From: Hydrolagus affinis
Taxonomy: Eukaryota
Assembly (NCBI GenBank): GCA_012026655.1
Contig: JAAILG010000030.1
Location: forward strand, 1-64,000
DNA: 64,000 bases
Direction of reading: 5' to 3'
The notes under the pieces are model-generated. The model worked only from the letters and a program-made list of their open reading frames with translations, was not told where the DNA came from and searched no databases. Of this stretch, positions 36,327-48,992 are shown piece after piece. The stretch's first letter is position 1. Every line of letters starts with the position of its first letter. Both the position numbers and the translations under genes were made by a program.

Positions 36327-38261
36327 ATATATCAGCCCACACTTGGGCAATCAGTGGAAAACAGTTGTGTCCTATTCAGAAGCATTCAAAAAACTTTACT
36401 CCACTGGATGAAACAGTTTTGTTGAATCTACTGTCCGATTATTCAGATGGACATTAAAGATCCCATAGCACTATTCGGAAAATGTAATCTTTCTGTACAG
36501 TTTTTGCATTTGGCAGTAAATCCAGCAAGACCCTTTTGAGACGCCATCCCAAGTGAAAAGAGCTAAATCTGATGCAGTATTTTTTATTGACCTGATTTTA
36601 TGAACTATAAAAGGTAGAATAATAATAATTCATGCAATTGCACAAATCAAAATTGTGTTCCACATGTCTCACAAACAACCATAATGAGAATGAGCAATTT
36701 TCTCCCGTCTCTTTGTCAATCGAACCGTGACATCTTTTAATATCCCCCTGAAGAGGTCAATGGAGCCTCAGTTTAAATCATATTTGAAAGTTGGCAGCTT
36801 CGATAGTAGTGTCAGAACAAACATGGAGTGTTGGTACAAACCGTGAGCTCAAAGTCCCGATGTGACTCTTGAACCAACAAGGTTTGAGTGTTCTATCGGA
36901 ACTAAATTTAAATGTAACTTTCAGTTATTGAACTATTTTGTGCAAATATGTTTTAACTTTGTTTTCACCAAGATTGGAATTTTACCATGATTAACTAGCA
37001 ACCTATTTTTCTATTTCTCAACGACTTCAGAAGGTATTTTCAGTACAGATATATTTTATAAAATTTCTCACATTGGTGTGAATATTCAGTTTGATAAAGT
37101 GATTTGTTTCATTTTTAATCTACAGGAAAGGCAGATACATTTAATGTAAATAATGTTAATATACAATATTTTCCATATTTTATATTATCTTTTGTTTTCC
37201 ACAGACTTGATCTAGGAAAAAACTTGTTTCACATGTAAATAGTATAACATAGAATAATTTATAATGAGAAAAATGGGATATTTCTGAAAACTTTTGGAAC
37301 ATGATGTTTGATGGCTTCAAAGTACAATTTGGAGATACCAAGGAAAGAAATGATATTGTCTGTTTAAATAAAGATTTCTGTCAATCGAGTAAGATTTGGA
37401 GTATACTGTACTTTGGAATTCAATAGGGATGATTGTCCATGGTATATTAGAGAAGACCAAAGATGCCAAATCAGAATGGTCTTGAGGAGATAAATTCAGA
37501 TAAGTCATTTTAAAAGATGGAGAAGTAAATGAGAATGGAACTTGACTGAATGGCATAAAACAGCTGTATGTCATCTTGACTTGCAATATGGTGTTAGGAT
37601 CTGTACATTCATTTTTTTATCATTGTATCTTCAATATTGCTTTCCTCTTTATTGTAGTCTAGGGATTTGTTGCACAAGGGGTAATGCCTTTATTGTACCA
37701 AGTATCCTGATCATGCTGTAAAAATTATTCATTACATAATGTTCAGATTTGGTAAATCGAAATTGAAATGCTGAGAAACTTTGAGTGCAGGAATAGCAAT
37801 GTAAATAAATAACTTTGAAAATGAAATGTTAAGATCAATGCACTTATTTAATCTTGGTCGATTACAAAATAAATATTCACGCAAAATTGGCATCTAAAAT
37901 GCAGCAATTGACTTGCCTGTCAACTAATAATCTTTCAAATGAATATCTAACTTCTGGTTTTGTATACCAAATATACCTGTACATTACAAAACAATTAAAT
38001 ATTTAGTGAAATCCAATTTTAGTTAGTGTTGTGGCAATCTGTGTAATATGCTATATTTGTTAAATGTCCAGAAGTGATTGCAGTATCAAATTGAATAGAA
38101 CATAAGCCTAAACTGAGAGTACATTTCCTGCAATATTACTGGTAGTGTTTGTCTTTATAAGGTTTACACAAGCTATATTTTGATGCATCATTGGTTTAGA
38201 AAATTGTCATAGTTAATAACAGTTAGCTATGGGTGGATACAAAATATTCCATCTTGAATCT

Positions 38262-38322
38262 TCAGCGCCTTGGGACGTCCTCACGACATGAAAGGCACTC
38301 TATAATGTAATTTTGTTGTTGT
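38262..38322 (+). mobile_element. L2 3' tail fragment
   Basis: cagcgccttgggacgtcctcacgacatgaaaggcactctataatgtaatttttgttgttg. Confidence 0.85.
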
Positions 38323-39719
38323 ACAGTATTAGTCATGTGGATAGAATACAGGTTTAAGATTTTTGTATCAATATTACTAAAATGTTTAGCTTATTTTAAC
38401 ATTATTGCACAGCACTTATAGGATCTTTTGTGGTCCTATTTCCTCCCCTCCGCTAATTCAGGCTTCGTATCCACCAACTAACAGTGGGTTGAGCTTTCAG
38501 ACACCTTGTTTGTGCTTTCTGGAACTATTTTCCCAAATCCCACCACCTTACTCTCTCTCTTCTGTTTTCGAAGATCTTCTAAAAACATCTCTTTGATAAT
38601 GCCTTCTTTCTACCGCTTTGTCGTCACTCCACTTGGCTTGTTGGTCTGTGTATAAAACACTGACTTTACACAGACGCAGGGTGTGAAAGGTACTATATAA
38701 GTGCAAGTTGTTGCTGTTGATTGAAATAAATGTTAGTATTGGTAGTTGCCCAATTGATCAGAAGTTAACAAATGTTATATCAAATATTTGTATTGAAAAT
38801 AAACTCCTTCGATAATTAGTTCTGAGCAGCAATTTATTTTCATAATTTCATCTGTGCAGTTTTATGTGATTTTCTTTCCTTACTCAGACCACTGAGGTGT
38901 TACTACGCAGAGATCACATGGAAATTTTGCAAAAGAAAAAAAATCTTATTAGCCCCTTAGCGTACCCAGGCCAATATCAGCCATTTTTCCTGAAGCTCAC
39001 CATTTTCCTTTAAGCCACGCGAGCTATAGTATACTCACCTTATAAAAAGGATCTGGTTGCACAGATGCCAGTATAATCTCAGCATTCTCTATACGTGTAA
39101 TACATTGCAGCACATTCTATGTAGAGTTGATGTTGTGATTATAATGACACTTGTAAAATAGATAAAAGTAGGCCTGATGTATCTTTATCAACTATACATT
39201 TGACATGAATTGTACTTTCCTTTGCGACCTACAGTATTAGAATGTTGAATTTTCGTGGCAATTCAAAATGTACATATTGTGGCCTGCATATGTTTAATGC
39301 TGAATAATGTAAATAACTAACCAAATACTGTATACATAACCACAGAATATATTTTTGGATTGATTTTGCATTTGCGCCTGCTTTCTAAACACTGATACAC
39401 AACATCAATTTTAACTGCATTTTTTCTGGCTTTTATTATTGAGAATCAAGGTGCAATGTCATGACCCACAATGCGGCATACCATCAAGATTGAAAAGATC
39501 CGTAGAAAAACAGATGTATCAAGAAGTACTGTAGTTAGGTGATGGATTTTAAAAGGCTGCAGATTATGTGGAGGAAACAGAATTGAAGAAGCTCTTGAAA
39601 TGGTGGGAAACAATGAATTAGAGTAGCAAGCATTGCGATGATTTAGAATTTCAAACTGTGAGCGCAACTATTCCATCTAGAGGTTTGTCAACTAAGTCAG
39701 TAGGTGAAACCACTTCCTC

Positions 39720-40230
39720 CTTTTGAATAGTGTCATGGGATCTTTAACATCTACTCGACTGGTAGATGGGTACCTTGCTTTAATATGTCTTCTGAAAAAC
39801 AGCACCTTTGACAATGCAACATTCACACATTACTATTACTACAGTAGCGTAGCTCGTGTAGCTCAGTAGTTAGAGCACTTGTCTTACAAGCGCGGGCAGA
39901 TTAGGGCGGAAAAAAGTTTCCTTACACCACACGCCTAATAATAATACGTCCAAAAAAAACACGATATAAAAATTGGTCATTTTCAATCCACGACTGTGTG
40001 TGGGACACTGCTGTGCGCAATTGGCTGCCGCGTTTCGCCCACAAATATACAGTCAATTCACTTCACAGTATATTCTGTGAAGTGCTTTGAGACGTCGATA
40101 AGATTTGAAAAGCGCTATATCAAATGCAGGGATTATTATTATTATGTCAGGCTGCACTACAATTTGAGTTCAAGTCTGGAACCCACAGCTTTCTGATCCA
40201 GAGGCAAGTGCACTACCAACTGAGCCAAAC
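39720..40230 (-). mobile_element. Old SacSINE1-like SINE split by a younger SINE
   Basis: Left half atagtgtcatgggatctttaacatc...gcacctttgacaatgcaacattc (39720-39845); right half gtcaggct...gaacccacagctttctgatccagaggcaagtgcactaccaactgagcc (40146-40230). Confidence 0.7.
39853..40145 (+). mobile_element. Near full-length tRNA-derived Deu-domain SINE with (TTA)n tail
   Basis: A-box-like tagctcagtagttagagc, Deu core tgtgggacactgctgtgcgcaattggctgccgcgtttc, L2-like 3' end with gattattattatt. Confidence 0.9.
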
Positions 40231-43200
40231 CGATAGGAATCAGAAAGAACACATATTGAGATGCATCATTCATTCTATTGATATGCTGCTTTCAAGGCCT
40301 TTCCCCAAACTACACATACACAGGATGACTAGAAAAATGGCCTATGGGGACAAAAAATGGTGTGCACACAAAAATAAGCCGTTAATTTTGCTGACATTGT
40401 GAAATGAACGAGTGAATTGTTCATTTGATGAAACACACATACTTAACACCTGAAACCGTTTGCAATGTTTTTAATGGAAGAAAAATGTTTACCTTTTAAA
40501 ATCTGATTGTTTATCGGACAAACTGGATTGAGAAAGTTTAAAGGAGCATACACATAGCCCAGGTGTATTTGAGTGTCAGGTGCCTTAAGGAGTGGAGCTT
40601 AGCAGTATGAATAAGCACATTGTCAGTTTAACAATTTTTATTCCATATAATTTGATAATTTGTATTAATTTTCTAATATAAAAAGTGTTAATGCTATTAA
40701 CAACCCAACTTTTCATGTTTATTGTCTAATATGAAAGATGATATTAACTGTTTCCCTTTCCTTTTGGACTCAAATATAGGTATTTATCCTTTGTCCCTAA
40801 CTTAGGTCAATAGTATATATTGTTGTGGATCAAATATGCTTAGCTTTCCTTGCAACAAATGTTAGATGTAAGGGATTTTGGAGTGAATAGATTTTTATGT
40901 CCGATTCACACCTTTGCCTTATGCATTAGAAAATAATATACTTGGAACACCAGATAATGGAGCTCTATAAGTAATGCAGAGCTCTCACATGTGGTTGATG
41001 CTGTATATCATCCACACTCAGCCATGATCTAGGCTTGTAATATATTTTACACCCATACTGTGAACCACACATTAATCCTTTTTTAGTGTATCTCCTTGCC
41101 TCACTAAATAATTCTAAGGAATTGCACTGAAGTAAATGTATTTGTGCCCTGCAAGCTAAAATATGAATTCAGTCCTCAAAGGGTCAACATTGGAAACTGC
41201 ACATATATGCATTTTGCACAGGAGGGTAGAATAGATATGATGCTAATAAGATCATGGGATGTGTATGAGGATGGCTCATGGGATTAGGCAGCAGATTTCT
41301 GTAAATTTTTTAAAAGAAAGTCTTCTGTAAAATTATGATTGGCTGCTTTTGAGAAATATTGCTACTTAAAACGTGATTTTTAAATGTGACAGCTCACCAC
41401 TTCTGAATAACATCTGTAAAAGTTTACAGGGAACAAGATTTTTTTTAAAATCAACAGTATAGAAAGAATAAAGAACGATGTGAAGGGAGAAAAAAAGAGA
41501 AATAAATAAACATTGTGAATTTTGTGTTTATTTAAGTCAGCTTTCCTATCTTGCAGAATAATATACATTTCCTTTATGTACATATGTATGTATTTAAAAA
41601 GAACAATGCTATATTCATGGGTGTACACAAGCCATTTTTAATTCTTTCACTTCATCGCATTTTCAGTTGACCTTTAGTGAAGTATTGCAGATTTACAGGC
41701 AGTTATTTTCCTTTTGATCACTTAGTTGCTTCAGCAATTTGGGAGTTTTATAATCAGGGGGAAAAATATCGCCACCTTGAAGTCACCAATTCTAAAACTA
41801 GATTAATCGCTGAAATGATAAGAGTGCAGGATTTAGCTGGACTGGAATGCATAAAACCTTTGAAGATCTGGGTTTCATATGTTTCTGCAAAAGTGCAAGG
41901 TATCAGTCTGTTAAACCTGCTGATTGTTTTCATCTGTACGACATTCAGAAATATGATTGTACAAGGATGATTTATTGTTATAGTAACATATGTACTTTAA
42001 CAAACCTCTGTGAATCTACCCATCATGAGAAACATATGGGGTATGAAAATCGGTATTCAAAATAAATTGGTGTGACAATAAGTATCTCTTATAATGTAGA
42101 CTGTTGTGAAAAAATACTACAATTATATTTCATATATTTACGTGAGTAGTTTGACATATCTATATTATGTTAGATATAGATATTGATGTATTGTGCAGAA
42201 AATTTCTAACATAGTGTTTGCTGGTGTTAAGTGAACAGTAGCTGAGAGAACAATAAGATGCATAGGTAGCAGTGGAAGGATGTGCTCATCTTTACAGCAC
42301 TCTGGCTTCAGTGATATTGTCAGGGTTTGTCTAGAACAGTGCTTCATTTTACATTCACAAGGGACTGATACAAGCTTAAATTATTCCCATTGCCTCTATT
42401 GCAGGCAAAAAAAAGAATCTCTGCATGTTTACACCGCTTCCTCTTGTCCAACTAGCTCCACCCCTTGTGCTCTTAAAAAACCATCTTCCATTGATTTCAA
42501 TGGAAACACTGAGCCGCCAGCCCCATTGCTGTATCTTGTCCTCCACTTAATTACTGGAAGTGAGTTTGGCAGCCTTAGTACTGGTCTGCCATCTACATAC
42601 TTTTAATAGCTGCAGAGCAATGCAACTCAGTGACCCGTGGTGAAGTGAGTGCCTACAGATGAGTTCCATGGTGAATCGGCTTGTGATTTGTGAAAGCATA
42701 GTTGAGTTGGGGAGGGGGGTTGGGGGGAAGGAGGAGGAATATTTTTATTGAAGGCGAACCAAGCTGATTTCCATCAAACTAAAATGGATAAATTCTCCGC
42801 ATTATGATACACGAGCGCCCTCCTTCCAGATGCTGGTATCACACAGAGAGAAAATAAATGCAGTTCTATGCTCAAGGATGCGAAAAATCGACAAAGTAAA
42901 ATTTGAAAATCTTTTTCTGCAAAAATGTAAAGATTTGTCTTTTGCATTAAAAAAAATGCTTTCAACGTGGAATTTCTCCTCTGAAAACATTTTCTTGACA
43001 TTGTGGAATTTTTCTTGCTTTAGTCCTTAAGTGAAGAATGGCAAACATATTAATTGATTACGCACAAAAGTACAGTCCGCCACAGATAGCAATTCAAAGA
43101 TGGTGAAATGAGTAGACGACGATATTCTTTCACAGCCTGATGTCTCTGAATCCATTTCATGGAGAGTGAATACATGCATATATGTACATTTACTAGATAT

Positions 43201-46200
43201 TTAGAACAGCATGTGGGCTTTTCCTTGTTTGCTTGAAAGCATTGTCCATTTGAAGTTCTTACTCCCCGCCGCCTCCCCCCCTCAAAAAAAAACCCTCCCC
43301 TCACCCCCAAATTATTTATACTTGCATTTATGAGTGCAGAGAAGTAAAATATAGATTTTTTAAAAAACCTTTTATGCATATACTAATAATAACTTGCATT
43401 TATATAGTTCCTATCAAATAGGCTAACATCTTGAAGGATAATGCAGTAGTCAGATCTTTTCTGAGATAATTTGTAATATAATGCTACTGTTTTATAATGT
43501 GTAAGGAACTCGAATGCTGTGTCAAACTTGTTGATCGGAATTTATTTGAAAAATTACTTGGTGAATCCTTGTGAAGTGTAATATTTTTAATTTTTATGAG
43601 AAAACTGATTGAATAACTTGGGTGAGAAGTTGCAAGTAAGTCAATCTGCTTTATTAGTGGAAGTAAAACATTGTATTAACCAGTATACTGTTTATCACAC
43701 TCACTGTACTATGTGTGGTTTCAAAAATCCACTCCTGAAAATTGGAAAGCATGTCACTTTTATTGGTAGAAAATGTGAAAGTTCTCCAGTAGTTGTGCTT
43801 TTTTTTATTTTGCTATCAAGTACAGTAAATGCATTGTTGATGTAATAAACTTGTGGGCAAATGTACTGATCTTGTAAACTACATTAAGTTTTTGCAATCC
43901 TGGATACTCCACTGAGGAGAAAATCTAACTTAAGAGTGAACCCTGGTAGCTTAAATGCACATGTGAAACCAGATGAAGAATAATCCAAATCTAGGACCTT
44001 GATTCCAGTTTTCCTCTTCCCCCATTAGTTTGGGAGTCATGCATGATTTAGGCAGGGTGGGTGGAAACAAAACTAGAAGTTGAATTGTGAAATGTCAGAG
44101 TATTCTAAAACAGCATCCAGTATGTGCTTTTTTTTTGCATATATGTGTTCTCCTAAGTTTTCTATTATTCTATACAAAAAACTTCCTGATAAGAACTACT
44201 TTACAAAAGGGCCCCCTTAGTTTGAAGTGAGTGAAAACTGTGATTGTTTTGTTCACAAAACTCATGGGGCAGCTTCTTTGCAATGTTCATTCTAGAGGAT
44301 TCTGCAGTGTTAAGAATATGTAGCACTGCAGAATCTCAGAAAGAAACTCACTGGCTGTGTGCATAATCAACATATCAATCATATGATTTTCACTTAGGAA
44401 CAAAGAAATTCGAACATCCAATTAATTAAGCCTTGTCACTTTCTACCCTTACTGTTTGTGTTTTCCTTTCATTCTGAATCTAATGTATCATTAGTGGCCA
44501 AGCAATCTTCTTTTTTGCGCTTCATTTTTTTTCCTTGAGGATTTCCTAACACTTTCTTTTCAATCATTTTATGGCCAGTGGCCAGTGGCATGCCAGTGGC
44601 ATGCTCCTTGGAAGTAGTTGAGATCAGATGAGCATCTTTCCAAATTCCCACCCTGTGAAGTGCTTAATCAATATTTGGCTCCTTAAGACAGCAACAGAGT
44701 TTTGATCACGAACTCAGTGGATAGGGAAAACTTGTATTAATCTGATGTACAGGTCTATCGAAGACCTGCAGATTTTTCTATTTGGGTAGATTTTAAGTTT
44801 TTATTCACCCCATGAAAAATTAATGGGTATCAATACTGTACTGCAACTTTATTTTGAATACACTGGCTAAGCCTTAGCTGCCACTAAGCCAATTCTTCAC
44901 TAAATACAAATGTTTATTTGAAACAAACAGGACTCCCTAAAAATCATTTATTGATTGTTGAATCAGTTGAATTGTTACTGTACTCTAACTTAGACTGTTA
45001 AAATATAATTCAGTTAATTGCAGTGGATGTGTGTTGATGCTATGTCAACATTGTACAGTACTATGATAAAACCATGCTTTCTCGCTCTTTCTATATTATG
45101 CTTTAAATTATAATACAACAACAACTTGCACTTATATATTGCAGTTCACACGGGGCAGCATCTTGGAGCGCTTCCACTCTAACAAGTGAGAAAGCTCGTT
45201 TCATAATTGCATTCTGAAGTTCTGATAAACCAGCTGTTTGCTATTTGATGTTTAGCAAAATCTATTTTCCTGGTGCTATGTACATAACTAATTCCGCATC
45301 GATTGAAATGGATGTACTGTACACATTCCCTTTTGAGTGTCATCTGATGAAGAACTCAGCATTTTCAGACTTGAATCTGGCACCTGTCTAGACAGGGATG
45401 CAATAATAATTCATAATTCAATTATTGAAACACATCTGAATGTTATAGTTATTTAAAAAACTGAAAATTAATGTGTGCATGTATCCTCTTTAAAGGTTCA
45501 CTGTTTGGAACCATTTTGTCTCATATAAACATATATGCAAAAATGAAATGGATAATAGCTAGATGAGTTCATCTACAAGCTCGTAGGATGATTATCTGGA
45601 AAAACCTGGTGACATTATGGATAATAGTAATGTTGCAATTATGATAATTACTGAATAAGGGGCTGTTCTTGAGATATATAAACCATTTTAAATGAATGGC
45701 CATACCAGCTTGAAAATGTATTTTGGTCACTTGCATTTTGCTAAGTACTGTATACATGGAGCACTCGGGATTCCAGTAATTCAGGTCTCAAATTAAAATT
45801 ATAATTATTCCAAATACTCTGGGAATTAAGAAAAAGTTTATGAAACCACAAATTATTCTGGAAAAACTAGAAACATTGTTTCTGTTACTTAAGACGTTGC
45901 ATTTTTGAGATTTTATAGATTTTGTTTCAGTAGCATGTTAGATACATTTCCAAATCTTGTGGATCAATGTGAAAGCTGGAAGCAAAATCTTTTTTGAAGG
46001 GAAGGAAAGTCTAATCTGTAAAATACAATTAGTTGTACAAGCTCGATGGGCTGAATGGCCTTCTAGTCCTGCTTTCCTACGTAAAGATACAATCATTTTA
46101 ATCTGCGCATGTTTGATAGTAAATTGTATTGAATTAGTAAGCTTCATACACAAACATTTTACATCAATAAGTAATACTAATATTGTGCTGGGTAAAGGTG

Positions 46201-46607
46201 TTGTGCAAGAACAGTTTCAGCCATGGCATCAATTGGGAGAAGTTTTAGCATTAGCTTGGTCCTCCTGAAAAAGGAATAGAAGGAGAATCAACTGGAGATC
46301 TAGTCACTGTCCAAACCACTCCACACTGCCCATCTTTTAGACACAAGTATTACCGATGAGTGGAGGGTAGCATATGTTTGATGGCATAGTTCATGGCCCT
46401 CGAGAAAAGGGCCACAGAGAAAACAATAAATATACAACAGAATTATGCTGCATTATAAATGTTAGTTAAAATAATAAATTCCATCACTATAAATATAATA
46501 TAGGATGGTTTTGTACTTTTATACATATAGTTAGAAAAGTTGATCAAAATTTAAAAGTGAAAACTAACCGGTTCAGCTGTCCTGAATTTAAATAACAGAC
46601 ATCATGA

Positions 46608-46633
46608 ATATATATATATATATATATATATAT
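46608..46633. repeat. (TA)n microsatellite
   Basis: Seen directly. Confidence 0.95.
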
Positions 46634-47339
46634 ACAGTATATATAACTATTGGGGTGGATGTAGAATGCCACTGATAGATTTTAGAAGGTTAAGTAGGAA
46701 GAGGAACAAGCTTTTACTGGTATCCCGAATCTCCCAGTGCTCAGTCTGCTTTGTGCAGCTCAAAGTTAATTTTTTAAATATCTTTGAAGAGCTTTTAAAA
46801 TTGTAGTTCAATTCCTAAGGGTACTGCAGTCCTTCTAGCTAATATTTCAAAACCAGATTGCAATTTCTATCAGATGTACAATTTAAATCATCAATAGAAT
46901 TTAAAGCTGTTATTTTCTTTTATTAAATATCTGACTTATTTTCAATTCACACATAATAGTAGTAATGTGCTCAAAATAAGTCGAACAATAATGTTTTTGT
47001 GTAGACAGGTATAGAAGGATTAAATTGTGAATCATATTAAATGATTGCGATTTTGTCAATATTCTTGGTTTAACCTGGAGGTATAGTGGTGAAAGAAGAG
47101 GATCCCTGTCAATTTTACTCCTTCTTAGGAACATGACTATATGCTACTTGAAACCTGATTTACCCATGTTGTGACTTTCATGTATTTCAAGCTGGAGTTC
47201 TCACATCAAGTCTTTTTTGTACTTTCCAATATATTCTGTGATCATGAATTACATAAAGCTGAGACAAAGCTTTGAGGATGAATAGTTTGTAATGTTTGTT
47301 TCTTATTTTTTCAAGCAATAGAGCGACATTTGCATCTCA

Positions 47340-47735
47340 ATAGAGGTTAAAAGTACCCTCAATATATTAGACCTACTTTGAGTCTTTGAGATCATGGACT
47401 AGATTAATTCTCCAGTGCAGTATTGGGAGAGTGCTGCATTGTTGGAAGTGCCATCCTTCGAATGAGATCTTAAACGAAGGGCTCAAAGGTGTGTTCAAGA
47501 GGACATTAAAAAATCCATTGACATTCTTTCAAATGATAAGTGAGGTACTCCTGGTATCCTGATCGACAAATCCTCCAGTTCAGAATGTTGTTCAGCTCCT
47601 AATTGTTGGTGGGTCATTGCTGTGTTATTTGTAGACAAATGCAGCAACCATTACAATCACTACATTTTACAGAAAGATGAAGTACTTTTGAGAAATGTTG
47701 ACACTATAATCAAATGGAAGGATTATTGCATTATT
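47340..47735 (+). mobile_element. Old SacSINE1-like/Deu SINE, degraded
   Basis: ccagtgcagtattgggagagtgctgcattgttggaagtgccatccttcgaatgagatcttaaacgaaggg...ctcctggtatcctg...atcaaatggaaggattatt. Confidence 0.7.
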
Positions 47736-47905
47736 GTCAGACTCCGAGTTGTATCCTGAGAGAAAGCTATCTTCAGCTCAGTGTTGTAGTTTGTACAAAA
47801 GTGTGTTAAAAGCAGGAACATTATGAGTAGGGTAATATTTGATGAAGATTTCTAACTTTTTAAAAACTTTTTTCAATAGTGATTTCAATTTTGTCTGTGT
47901 TATAG

Positions 47906-48052
47906 GTAGTTGGCAAAGATAAGAAAATACAGAAATTGCAAGACATCATAACTGAGCTTCACAATGACGTGGCTCTGAAGGAGTCGGAGAATCTAAACCA
48001 ACTGCAGGATATCCACCTTCTGGAGAACAATATTAAAGCCTTGAATGAAGAG
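47906..48052 (+). CDS. Coiled-coil protein gene, exon 8 (VVGKDKKIQKLQDIITELHNDVALKESENLNQLQDIHLLENNIKALNEE)
   Basis: Acceptor tctgtgttatag|, donor GAG|gtattg, 147 nt, phase 0-0, clear heptads. Overlaps track ORF 47936..48142. Confidence 0.92.
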
Positions 48053-48884
48053 GTATTGGTTCTTTTAGTACTATTTAGTACTATAACGAGTTTCAAAAAA
48101 AATTTAATCTCACTAATTTCTGACCAGTTCCACATCAAATAATGTTTGGATGATCTAATTAGGGTGTAAAATATGTCAGTTCATTATATTTAAAAATTTT
48201 CCTTCCAGTATTTTGTTATAAGGCCTCATAATTTTGCAAAACTTTTTCTGGAGTTGTTTTGGGGTTACATTCTAATTGTTTTTAATCTTTTGGTGTTTGG
48301 CATAAAGAACTGATTATCATTTATATATTTTGAACTGCCTGAAACTTCAATGCCCCTGGGCCAGAGGAGAAACATCAGCCAATGTCCTTGCACTTGATAG
48401 CACTCCAGCAACCCCTACAGGACAGCCCCAACAGTTTATGTATGAATGAATGTAAGGAGCAGAGGGAATTTTGGCGTGGCTGTGATGTCAAAGTTTAATT
48501 GACTGCAGGTTTCATTGTTCTGGCTCATGCTTGAAGAATCAACAAAGACAGGATAATGGAGGGCCGATGATGTTTGGGGAGCTTCACCCCACCATAATTC
48601 ATTTCCTTCAGAAGATGTGGAAAGAAAACATAGAGCAAAATCCACTAATGGAGTATAAGTGGACCTTGCTCACATCGTATCTTCTTATTTCGGTGTCGGT
48701 ACATGTTGTCAAGTTTGGTCTCTCTCTCCCATGGTTAGTTGCAATGGGCGATTAACAGAGTTGAACGTATCTGACTGGACCTCCAGATACTGACCACAAA
48801 CAAAAATATTGATATACTCTAAATTGAGTGAGGTTTGGGATGGCAAAGATTGGTAACAAAATGACTAATTGGTGACAATATGAC

Positions 48885-48992
48885 CCCCCACCAACCCCCA
48901 TTCGTATCCCGACCTGACTGTTCAGCGCTTTGGGACGTCCTCCCAACGTGAAAGGCGCTAAATAAGTGCAATTTTGTTGTTGTTGTTGTTGT
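48885..48992 (+). mobile_element. L2 3' tail fragment
   Basis: tgactgttcagcgctttgggacgtcctcccaacgtgaaaggcgctaaataagtgcaattttgttgttgttg. Confidence 0.88.

Noticed and set aside
43600-43641. Possible exon LNNLGEKLQ|gtaagt
   Set aside because: An in-frame TGA lies immediately upstream and there is no acceptor between it and the donor.
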